Assembly: GCA_964364285.1 (NCBI GenBank)
Contig: CAYIKZ010000004.1
Location: forward strand, 1-56,763
Source of the DNA: an uncultured Candidatus Saccharibacteria bacterium
Lineage (GTDB): Bacteria > Patescibacteriota > Doudnabacteria > UBA920 > VMFF01
Direction of reading: 5' to 3'
Length of the DNA: 56,763 nucleotides
Part shown: positions 46,045 to 53,898 of the stretch, piece after piece
Numbering within the stretch: position 1 is the stretch's first letter
How the letters are laid out: each line of letters starts with the position of its first letter
The notes under the pieces: generated by a model
What the model was told of the DNA's origin: nothing
Databases searched by the model: none
What the model saw: the letters and a program-made list of their open reading frames with translations, nothing else
Position numbers and translations under genes: made by a program

Positions 46045-46911
46045 TTAATTTGATGCCTTATTTTGACTTTTGGACTTTGAATTCTGAATAATCTTCAACT
46101 GTTGTTTCTGTAACTTACTCACATCCTTTTTTACTTCTTTGATATGTTTTTCGGGAGGGAGTTCTTCCGGGAGTATTCCACCAATATCTTTTATTGTTTG
46201 TCTGACTTTGCCTCCAATCATAAAATGCGTTTGTATCGCGTCTCGCTCGACGTGAATTCTGTCTTTCTTTAATTTTTCACTAGTTTGAGTGATTCTAAAT
46301 AAATTAGCAGCTAACTCTGTATTCCCTGCTCTGTCCGAAAGCTCACCTTTTTTTATCTGCTTGCGAGTTTCTATATCCGCTTTTGACATCCCATATAGAC
46401 CTCTGTATCCGGCATCGTTAAATAAACCAAATTTGCTAACTCCAGCCTCTTTCGCCACTTGTGCTAACTTTTTATTTTCACCTGTTACCTCTCCGCGAAT
46501 GAAAAGTCTTTTTTCATCATCACTTAAATTTTCCAATATTTCTTGTTTCCGAGTTTGCACTGCAAAATATGTCTGTGCTAAAGCAACGTTTTCTTTGTTT
46601 GAGTCAGCATTTTGAGCAATCAGATAACACGCATATCTATCTAGCTTCCAATCAACTACCGACCTAACCGTATTAGAGCCAATTTTGACCATTTTTTCGG
46701 ATCGGACAAAATGGTTATCCACATTTTGACCGCTAGCTATAGAGCTTTTGGCCGCCTTTGCGATAACTTCTTCAAAATTAGACCATTGTGCATAGTTAAG
46801 CAACTCCATAAGTTGTCTGGCCATCCAAAATTCAACACCATTTTCATCAACACTTTTTATTGTTTCAAAGTCTTTAAATGGACCTTGAGATACCATTTCT
46901 TTATTTGTCAT
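46045..46911 (-). CDS. dinD: DNA damage-inducible protein D
   Basis: Collinear similarity to my recollection of E. coli DinD: KIGSN..R...D..L.RYACYL, QTYFA.QTR.QE, DEKRLF.R.E, TELAANLFR.TQT.EKLK, GGKVRQTI...GG..PEELP. Confidence 0.85.
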   Translation of the reverse strand: MTNKEMVSQGPFKDFETIKSVDENGVEFWMARQLMELLNYAQWSNFEEVIAKAAKSSIASGQNVDNHFVRSEKMVKIGSNTVRSVVDWKLDRYACYLIAQNADSNKENVALAQTYFAVQTRKQEILENLSDDEKRLFIRGEVTGENKKLAQVAKEAGVSKFGLFNDAGYRGLYGMSKADIETRKQIKKGELSDRAGNTELAANLFRITQTSEKLKKDRIHVERDAIQTHFMIGGKVRQTIKDIGGILPEELPPEKHIKEVKKDVSKLQKQQLKIIQNSKSKSQNKASN

Positions 46912-47022
46912 GTCTCAAGATGTTAATTAAATATAGTTTATCATAGTTTGTAGAAAGTCTATTATGATATGTAATACGTGGTTCTTGAAAATACCCTGTT
47001 TTTCCGCTAATATTAACAAGTT

Positions 47023-48000
47023 ATGAATTTTTCCTGGAATCAAATTAAAAAACCAGTAGTAGCGCTAGCTCCAATGTCTGGAGTCTCAGACTCCCCTATG
47101 CGCCTGATGGCCAAAAAGCTTGGCTCTGATTTAGAATTTTCAGAATTCATTTCAGCAGCAAGTCTTTTCTACAAAGAAGAAAACGAAAAGAGCTTTAAAC
47201 TAGCTCGTTTTGAAGAAACAGAAAGACCATATATCATTCAGCTCTTTGGTAATGTGCCAGAACACTTTGAAGTAGCAACAAAGATATTAAACGAACGCTT
47301 TAACCCCGATGGTTTTGATATTAACTTTGGTTGTCCTGCAAGATCTGTTGTAAATTCAGGAGCCGGCTCTGCTTTGTTCCGCGAACCAGAAAAAGCTAGA
47401 GCAATAATCGAAGCGGTTAAAAAAGCAAGCAATGGTAAACCAACATCAATAAAGATAAGGGCGGCTTTTAAAAATATTTCAGCACTAGAATTCATTGAGA
47501 GTATAAAAGGGGCACCATTTGAAAATGTGACTCTTCATATGCGAACATACGAACAATTACATACGGGCGAACCAAACTGGGAAATTGCAAAACAACTAAA
47601 AGAAAAACTAAAACCACTAGGAATCCCTTTAATCATCAATGGCGGATTAAACACAGCTGAGAAAGCAAAAGCTGCTTTAGAATACACAGGAGCTGATGGA
47701 GTTATGATTGCTCAAGCTTCTTTAGGTAATCCTTTCATCTTCAGGGAAATCAAAGCAGCACTAAATAACGAAGCAATTCCAACTGTTACCCTCGAAGAAA
47801 GAATTCAAACAGCACTAGAACACGCTAAACTAATGGTTCAGATTAAAGGTGAAAATTATGGAATCCTTGAAATGAGAAAACACCTTGCTTGGTATTTCAA
47901 AGGCATGCCAAATGTTTCTGAATTAAGGGCTAAACTTGTTAAGATTGATTCTCTAAAAGAGCTTGAAGAAATATTACGAACCATACCATTTCAGACTTAA
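47023..48000 (+). CDS. tRNA-dihydrouridine synthase
   Basis: LAPMSGVSD..PMR and FGCPA motifs, TIM-barrel Dus family. Confidence 0.9.
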   Translation: MNFSWNQIKKPVVALAPMSGVSDSPMRLMAKKLGSDLEFSEFISAASLFYKEENEKSFKLARFEETERPYIIQLFGNVPEHFEVATKILNERFNPDGFDINFGCPARSVVNSGAGSALFREPEKARAIIEAVKKASNGKPTSIKIRAAFKNISALEFIESIKGAPFENVTLHMRTYEQLHTGEPNWEIAKQLKEKLKPLGIPLIINGGLNTAEKAKAALEYTGADGVMIAQASLGNPFIFREIKAALNNEAIPTVTLEERIQTALEHAKLMVQIKGENYGILEMRKHLAWYFKGMPNVSELRAKLVKIDSLKELEEILRTIPFQT

Positions 48001-48686
48001 ACAAAAAGGTCTGGTGCAAACTCTTGTATACTGGTATATTCATCTGCACAAACAACAATGTGATCAACAAGCTCAATACCCATTAACTTCCCTGCATCAT
48101 AAATTTGCTTAGTTACTTCTATATCAGGATCACTTGGAGCGCTTGAGCCTGATGGATGATTATGCGCAAGCAATATCTGTGCAGCATGGGCTTTGATGGC
48201 TGCCTCAAATACTTCTCTTGGATGAATCAAAGAACCAACTAAATTACCAATTGAAATGACTTCTGGTTCTGAACAAAGCCTCATTCGTGAATCAAGACAA
48301 AAGAGCATAAGATGCTCTTTCTTTTTATGTCTTAGGTATCCAGAACACATCTTGTATGCCTCCAAAACATTAAAAATGCTCTTAGAAAGCGGCTTACTGC
48401 TTTCAAGGTGCAAACGACTCCCCAACTCCAACCCCGCCTTTATCTGAGCTGCTTTTGCAAACCCAACACCTTTGATCTGCTGAAGGTCTTTTAAGCTTGC
48501 TTGATGCAAACTTTCTAGGGTTGGGTACTTAGAAACTAAGTCTTGAGCAACAGTTAAAACAGAGGTATTACCACTCCCCTTTGCCATAACTATTTCTAAT
48601 AGCTCCCTCAAAGACAAAGAAGCACACCCAAGCGCTTCTAAACGTTCTCTTGGTCTTTCAAACTTCGGTAAATCTTGTATTGTCAT
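47997..48686 (-). CDS. radC: RadC-family JAMM domain protein
   Basis: N-terminal HhH (LSLRELLEI..) and the C-terminal HNHPSG JAMM motif. Confidence 0.9.
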   Translation of the reverse strand: MTIQDLPKFERPRERLEALGCASLSLRELLEIVMAKGSGNTSVLTVAQDLVSKYPTLESLHQASLKDLQQIKGVGFAKAAQIKAGLELGSRLHLESSKPLSKSIFNVLEAYKMCSGYLRHKKKEHLMLFCLDSRMRLCSEPEVISIGNLVGSLIHPREVFEAAIKAHAAQILLAHNHPSGSSAPSDPDIEVTKQIYDAGKLMGIELVDHIVVCADEYTSIQEFAPDLFV

Positions 48687-48701
48687 ACCCCTCCTAAAAC
48701 T

Positions 48702-48950
48702 CTACCCTTCCGTATACACTTCTTCCAATTTCCACTGCAAACTTTTAGTATTAAAAGCTAATTTAAAAAAATTAGAATCATCAGAAACTGAAAAATAGTG
48801 GATAAGAGAAGAGCCATCATTTGCTTGATGGCGCATATTAATACTCTTAATTTTATACACTCGCCCATTCCACTTTAAAAGCTTTGGCCAAACTAGGTTC
48901 TTTTTAAAGACAACGACAACATCTACTAACTCATCTACTTCTGAAAGCAT
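48702..48950 (-). CDS. hypothetical 82-aa protein in the lexA-radC string
   Basis: ORF with an ATG 4 nt after the stop of the 59-aa ORF. No motif recognised. Confidence 0.55.
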   Translation of the reverse strand: MLSEVDELVDVVVVFKKNLVWPKLLKWNGRVYKIKSINMRHQANDGSSLIHYFSVSDDSNFFKLAFNTKSLQWKLEEVYTEG

Positions 48951-48954
48951 ATAG

Positions 48955-49134
48955 TTATCTAAAAATTACGCCACGAAATTCATCATTGACAATCAAAGGA
49001 ACTCCACGAATTCCTAGAATTTGTTCTGTAATCTTTTGCACTGGACACTTATGCTCAACACCATTAACACAGTGTGCGCAAAGCCTTTGAATGTTTTTTA
49101 TTATTATATTTTTTGTTTTTTCTAACTCTGACAT
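48955..49134 (-). CDS. unannotated 59-aa Cys-containing ORF (MSELEKTKNIIIKNIQRLCAHCVNGVEHKCPVQKITEQILGIRGVPLIVNDEFRGVIFR)
   Basis: Translated by hand. AAGAGGG Shine-Dalgarno before the ATG at 49134. CxxC plus a third Cys. It fills the lexA-to-82-aa gap and is one codon below the track cut-off. Confidence 0.6.
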   Translation of the reverse strand: MSELEKTKNIIIKNIQRLCAHCVNGVEHKCPVQKITEQILGIRGVPLIVNDEFRGVIFR

Positions 49135-49151
49135 ATATCCCTCTTAAATTA

Positions 49152-49766
49152 TTACTCTAAATTACGAATGACTCCGACTACTTTTCCTTGAACAGTCCAC
49201 TCACTTTGCGGATAGATGTTCTTGTAACTATCATTCTCTGGTTTTAAATACACTCTATTCTGTATTTTTATGAACCTTTTAACCGTTGCTTCATCTCTCA
49301 ACAACGCCACCACTATGTCGTTATTCTTAACATCCTTTGTTGGCTTAACAATAACCAGATCTCCTTCTAGAATTCCCGCGTTCTTCATACTGTCACCTCT
49401 GACTCTTAGCAAAAATACATCTTGTCTGTTTCTAACTAATGTCTGAGGTAAATTAATCCAATCTTCGATATGCTCTTCTGCAAGCATTGGCATACCAGCC
49501 TGGATATTCCCTAAAATCGGAACTGAAAACATTCCTTTCTGAATTGATTTGCCAAGTGTTTCTAAAACCTTAATTCCTCTGGCTTTTCCTGAAATCTGAA
49601 TATATTCTTTTTCTTCTAGTTGATCTAACAATTTAGAAACCGCGTTCTTTGACTTAACCTTTAAAAACACTGCCATCTCTGAAATTGAAGGCGGTAAACT
49701 ATGCTCCCGTATTTCTGAAATAATGAAGTTTAAGAGACTGGCTTGTTTTTCTGTTAACTGGTCCAT
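49152..49766 (-). CDS. lexA: LexA repressor
   Basis: N-terminal wHTH, an AG-type cleavage region (IQAGMP), and S24 catalytic Ser (GDSM) and Lys (ATVKR). Start set at the ATG at 49766 because the promoter lies inside the longer track ORF. Confidence 0.9.
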   Translation of the reverse strand: MDQLTEKQASLLNFIISEIREHSLPPSISEMAVFLKVKSKNAVSKLLDQLEEKEYIQISGKARGIKVLETLGKSIQKGMFSVPILGNIQAGMPMLAEEHIEDWINLPQTLVRNRQDVFLLRVRGDSMKNAGILEGDLVIVKPTKDVKNNDIVVALLRDEATVKRFIKIQNRVYLKPENDSYKNIYPQSEWTVQGKVVGVIRNLE

Positions 49767-49779
49767 AATTTTTGGTTTG

Positions 49780-49836
49780 ATCCCAGCCGGTTGGCTGGGA
49801 TACATATATAGTAAACGAACGTTCACCTAGTGTCAA
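49780..49836 (-). promoter_or_regulatory. lexA promoter with two embedded palindromes (candidate operators)
   Basis: On the minus strand: TTGACA (49836-49831), a 17-nt spacer, then TACTAT (49813-49808). GAACGTTC lies in the spacer (49817-49824). ATCCCAGCC-N4-GGCTGGGAT lies at the predicted transcription start (49780-49801). Confidence 0.6.
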
Positions 49837-49891
49837 AATTAAAAATCCCTTTGAAAAACAAAGAGATTTAAAAACCCTGGTTAAGTTATCC

Positions 49892-49919
49892 ACAAAAAGA
49901 CACTGCCTAAGCAGTATCT
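49892..49919 (-). terminator. weak intrinsic terminator after the 44-aa ORF
   Basis: AGATACTGC-ttag-GCAGTGTCT (one mismatch) followed by TTTTGTG on the minus strand. Confidence 0.4.
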
Positions 49920-49928
49920 TTACAATAT

Positions 49929-50063
49929 TTAATCAGCCCCTTCGGCTTCCCCAGCGCATTCCTTGCACAATTCCTGCTGGGTTGTCGAACGGTTAGTTGG
50001 ATTCAGATGCCTGCCACATACAGCGCAGGTATCTTCTAAGTCCTCATCTTCGTAATCAACCAT
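49929..50063 (-). CDS. unannotated 44-aa zinc-ribbon-like ORF (MVDYEDEDLEDTCAVCGRHLNPTNRSTTQQELCKECAGEAEGAD)
   Basis: Translated by hand. AAGGGGG Shine-Dalgarno 5 nt before the ATG at 50063. Paired CxxC motifs. I counted 67 G+C in 135 nt (50%). Confidence 0.55.
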   Translation of the reverse strand: MVDYEDEDLEDTCAVCGRHLNPTNRSTTQQELCKECAGEAEGAD

Positions 50064-50093
50064 ACTTACCCCCTTGCCCCTCCCGGGTCTTAG

Positions 50094-50336
50094 TTATTTT
50101 TTAGATAAGAGGAAGTTAATAATGTTAACCACAGACTCCCAAATATTCTTCAAAATCGGCAACGAAGCTGGTAGTAAAACCACCAAAACTATAATATAAA
50201 CAAACTCTTTTTGAATTACCTTAATTATTCCGTAAACCAACAAAATAGCCAGTAAAAACGAAACTATTGGATGTAGGCTTGTTGGAAAATAATTAAGAAA
50301 TTGTGTGTATATCTTAAATATGCTATCCATACCCAA
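50094..50336 (-). CDS. hypothetical 2-TM membrane protein (80 aa)
   Basis: Hydrophobic ORF 11 nt downstream of the preceding gene. Confidence 0.5.
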   Translation of the reverse strand: MGMDSIFKIYTQFLNYFPTSLHPIVSFLLAILLVYGIIKVIQKEFVYIIVLVVLLPASLPILKNIWESVVNIINFLLSKK

Positions 50337-50347
50337 AGTATATCAAA

Positions 50348-50908
50348 TTAAGCTATTTTTTCCAAAATAATAGAATGTCGGTTATCAAACACGTCTTTCA
50401 TAAAGCGGTCAAAGATGTTTTTCCTGTACTGGTATTCAGAAGAGTCAAACAAAGCATAATTAACTTCTCCACCAACCATATCCTCAACCTTAGATATCAG
50501 ATTGTCTAAGCTTCTTTGAGAAACAGGACCAGCAAGCAACAAATCACATGTAGCATTCAAATCTCCGACAAACAAACCTGACAAAACCGCAACCTTCAGC
50601 CCCTTAACCTTTAAAATTGCTTTTTCCAATGGATCAGTTATTTGTTTAGTCTTAATTCTCTGTTTTGAAATAATACTTTCAAAATCAGCGATCAAAGAAC
50701 TCTTAGAATTCAAGATGTAAAACTTTGAAGACTTCTTAGAAAAGCTTCTTAAAAACCCTGCTTTAACAAGATCATTCAAATGTGGATTCAAATTCCTGCT
50801 ATGAAGCATCTTTTCTAATTCACGGACATTAAAACCACGTTCTTGATGGTTCAAGAAAAATATAATGGCTTTTGCCTTAACTTTGTTCTCTAAAAAATTG
50901 GCTACCAT
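50348..50908 (-). CDS. hypothetical protein with N-terminal winged-helix-like region (186 aa)
   Basis: The N-terminal ~70 aa resemble ArsR/MarR-type wHTH (..FNVRELEKML....LNPHLNDLVKAGFL). The C-terminal domain is unassigned. Confidence 0.5.
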   Translation of the reverse strand: MVANFLENKVKAKAIIFFLNHQERGFNVRELEKMLHSRNLNPHLNDLVKAGFLRSFSKKSSKFYILNSKSSLIADFESIISKQRIKTKQITDPLEKAILKVKGLKVAVLSGLFVGDLNATCDLLLAGPVSQRSLDNLISKVEDMVGGEVNYALFDSSEYQYRKNIFDRFMKDVFDNRHSIILEKIA

Positions 50909-50993
50909 ACTGATCTAAAAATTATATCACAGCCCTGCTCTTAATTGAATTTTAGCACTTTTTGTGCTATTTTTATACAGGTAAGAAAACAGA

Positions 50994-52958
50994 ATGAGCG
51001 CTCTAGAAACACAAGTCGGACAGATATTCATAAGTGACAAAAGGCTTTCAAAAAGCTTTGTTTCTTTGCTGTCAGAAAAAGTGCCAGAGACTAACGCTGA
51101 AATATACTCCCTAATTGAACTACCAGTAGCAGGAGCTGCTGCTTGGAACGAATACGAAAGACTTTCAAAGCTCATCCAAACAATTTTCAGAAAAAACTTC
51201 AGAAGTGAAAACAGCAACTCCTTTGAAAACTCAATAGCGCAAATAAACGACGAGCTTGCAAAACTAGCTGCATCAGGACAAACATCCTGGGTTGGAAAAT
51301 TAAACGCCTGTCTCGCTGTTAGGCAAAACTCTGACCTTTATGTAGCAACCAGCGGTAAAATCCACGCTTTCCTTTTAAGAGAACGACAACTTTCAGACAT
51401 AGCAGATTCCCCTGCTAAACCAAACCCCTTAAAAACCTTTGAAAACTTTGCCTTGGGCAAAGTTATTAAAAAGGATTTTTTAATTTTCAGCACAACCCAG
51501 CTATTCAACTACATCTCCATTGAACGTTTTAAAGACATCATCAGCTCAGCATCACTTGCTGCTGCTTGTCAAACAATCGCAGAAATAATCAAAAACTTAG
51601 CTGATAACAGTATTGCTTTTGGAACATTCATCCTAGAGCTAGGCGCTACTAGCGAATTTAGCGGTGAACAAATAATAAACCTTTCTCCAATACGAGAAAA
51701 CACTTCTCTAAAAAAATTCGGTGATGTAACATCAACGGGTTTCATCATGGCTGTAAATGGTTCTAAGAAAATCATCTCTAAATTAAGAAGCATTAATTTA
51801 AGAGACGTTGATCTAAATAACTTTAGACCAGTAAACATCAGAAACAGAGTTTCTGAAAAAGCAAGACAGTTCTCTGAAATGAAAAGAATAAAAGAACTGC
51901 CAAGGGCAAAAAAGTTCTTCCTTTTTTCCTCGATCATCTTTGGCATCATCCTCATAGTCAACATTTTTGTTGCAATACATGTCCACAACAAAAACAGTGC
52001 AAACACAAAATACTCTCTGATGCTAGATGACGTTCAAAGCAAACTAAATCAAAGCGCGTTTGCGTATTCTGATCAATCAAAAGCATTAAGTTTACTTGCT
52101 GATGCAAAAACAGAATTAGCGTCAATCCCAGACAAAGGTTTCAAAGAACAAAAAGACAAACTATCTTCTCAAATCATTGAACTGCAAAACAACATTGGTG
52201 GATTAAAAACAATAGATCCAAAGGAACTTACAACATACAAAGAAGCAAACTTTGACAGAATACGATTTAATAACGGAAGTCTATGGTTAATAAACTCATC
52301 TGGAAATTCAATGATCCAGTATGATTTAAAAAACAAAACTTTTGGTTCTGTATTTAGTATTTCTAACTCAACCCAAAATGCAAGCACATCATTTGAACAA
52401 AATCTCTACTATTCAAACAAAGATGGTGATCTTTTCTTAATAGACCAAACAAACAAAGCAAGCATTCAACAAGCTGGAAGACTAGCATCTAACACAACAG
52501 GACTTGTTCTTTACGGCTCACCTGCTAAAGCATATGCCTTAGACAAAGCAAATAATGCAATATCCTCTGTCACAGTTGATGCCCAAGCTCCTGCAACAAA
52601 CTACTTCAAACAAAGCGTAAACCTCTCAGATGCTCAAGATCTTGCCATAGACGGCTCTGTTTACATCTTAACCAAGACAAGCGTCCTAAAGTTCACCAGT
52701 GGCCTCCAAAAGCCATTTAGCGCTTCAGGCTTGAGCTTTAGTGACAACTCAAAGATTCTAGCATCCAAAGCTTGGAACTACGTATATGTACTTGATTCTG
52801 GAAACCACAAAGTAATAGTCTATGACAAAACCGGCAAATTAAAAGCGCAATACGACTCTTCAAAGTTCAACGACTTAAAAGACTTTGCCGTTGATGACTC
52901 TGGTAAAAATGCTTACATCTTAAACGACCAAACAGTGTATCAAATCAGCGTACCATAA
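50994..52958 (+). CDS. hypothetical single-pass membrane protein (654 aa) with cytoplasmic N-domain and repeat-rich extracytoplasmic C-domain
   Basis: Central TM segment FFLFSSIIFGIILIVNIFVAIHV. The C-terminal half is rich in short beta-strand-like repeats (..YVLD.GN.K..VYD..). Confidence 0.6.
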   Translation: MSALETQVGQIFISDKRLSKSFVSLLSEKVPETNAEIYSLIELPVAGAAAWNEYERLSKLIQTIFRKNFRSENSNSFENSIAQINDELAKLAASGQTSWVGKLNACLAVRQNSDLYVATSGKIHAFLLRERQLSDIADSPAKPNPLKTFENFALGKVIKKDFLIFSTTQLFNYISIERFKDIISSASLAAACQTIAEIIKNLADNSIAFGTFILELGATSEFSGEQIINLSPIRENTSLKKFGDVTSTGFIMAVNGSKKIISKLRSINLRDVDLNNFRPVNIRNRVSEKARQFSEMKRIKELPRAKKFFLFSSIIFGIILIVNIFVAIHVHNKNSANTKYSLMLDDVQSKLNQSAFAYSDQSKALSLLADAKTELASIPDKGFKEQKDKLSSQIIELQNNIGGLKTIDPKELTTYKEANFDRIRFNNGSLWLINSSGNSMIQYDLKNKTFGSVFSISNSTQNASTSFEQNLYYSNKDGDLFLIDQTNKASIQQAGRLASNTTGLVLYGSPAKAYALDKANNAISSVTVDAQAPATNYFKQSVNLSDAQDLAIDGSVYILTKTSVLKFTSGLQKPFSASGLSFSDNSKILASKAWNYVYVLDSGNHKVIVYDKTGKLKAQYDSSKFNDLKDFAVDDSGKNAYILNDQTVYQISVP

Positions 52959-53439
52959 CTTCAGCTGACAAATGTTTTAACGCCCGATTAATTCTTTGTT
53001 TAACAAAATTAATCGGCTTTTTTAATTTCTTTGCAACCTGCTCTGCACTCAAACCTTGAAAATACACGAGTTCCAAAATCTCCCGATCAGAATCTTTTAA
53101 ACAAGACAATGCCTCTATAATACTCTGACGCTCAAAAACCAACTCAGGATTCTCTTGGTTGTAATACGCAACAAGCTGTACATCAGAAACAGTATCTAAA
53201 GGCAGAAAAGAATTATACCTCCATCTTTTAGCTGTGTTTATCCCAATCGCAAACAACCAAGCCTTAAAGCTTCTACTCTGATCAAACTTTTCAAACTTTA
53301 TATATGCTTTAACAAAAGTTTCCTGAACAATATCCTCAACGTTCTCCTTATCAAAACCAAAACGAGAAACAAGAAAATTACGCAAAGACTTACTATGCTG
53401 ACGCATTAAAAGCTCAAACTGTTTTTCTTTGGATAACAT
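52945..53439 (-). CDS. ECF-type RNA polymerase sigma factor
   Basis: Region 2 (DIVQETFVKAY) and region 4 (LSAEQVAKKL) motifs. Start set at the ATG at 53439 because the track GTG lies inside the rplL terminator stem. Confidence 0.8.
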   Translation of the reverse strand: MLSKEKQFELLMRQHSKSLRNFLVSRFGFDKENVEDIVQETFVKAYIKFEKFDQSRSFKAWLFAIGINTAKRWRYNSFLPLDTVSDVQLVAYYNQENPELVFERQSIIEALSCLKDSDREILELVYFQGLSAEQVAKKLKKPINFVKQRINRALKHLSAEVMVR

Positions 53440-53440
53440 A

Positions 53441-53468
53441 AAAAGCACTTAATAATCTAAGTGCTTTT
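53441..53468 (-). terminator. intrinsic terminator after rplL
   Basis: AAAAGCACTTA-ataatc-TAAGTGCTTTT. The stem ends 1 nt before the sigma factor ATG. Confidence 0.7.
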
Positions 53469-53507
53469 TATTCTACTACAAAGAGATTAAGAAATTGTTA
53501 ACTTAGG

Positions 53508-53882
53508 TTATTTCAATGTTACTTTACCACCTGCTTCTTCCAATTTCTTCTTCATTTCTTCAGCTTCTGCTTTAGCAACATTTTCCTTAACTGCTTTTGG
53601 TGCGCCATCTACCAAGTCCTTAGCTTCTTTTAAGCCAACGCCTGTGATTTCGCGAACTACTTTAATGACGCCAATCTTGTTTGCGCCACTTTCAGTTAAT
53701 TCAACTGTGAATTCTGACTTTTCTTCTGAAGCTGCAACTGCTGCTGGTGCTGCTCCACCCATCATTACTGGAGCTGCTGCTGAAACGCCAAACTTCTCTT
53801 CTAAAGCTTTAACAAGCTCGGAAAGTTCTAAGACGCTCAATTTTTCAATTTCGGAGATAATACTTTGAAATTTCTCTGACAT
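53508..53882 (-). CDS. rplL: 50S ribosomal protein L7/L12
   Basis: Ala-rich hinge and the C-terminal [19 protein letters not shown] motif. Confidence 0.97.
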   Translation of the reverse strand: MSEKFQSIISEIEKLSVLELSELVKALEEKFGVSAAAPVMMGGAAPAAVAASEEKSEFTVELTESGANKIGVIKVVREITGVGLKEAKDLVDGAPKAVKENVAKAEAEEMKKKLEEAGGKVTLK

Positions 53883-53898
53883 GATTGTCCTTTCTTAA

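Noticed and set aside
49811-49826. GAACGTTC as a canonical Gram-positive Cheo (SOS) box
   Set aside because: The Cheo box is GAAC-N4-GTTC, and here the half-sites are contiguous. It is kept only as a candidate operator in the lexA finding, not called as a known motif.
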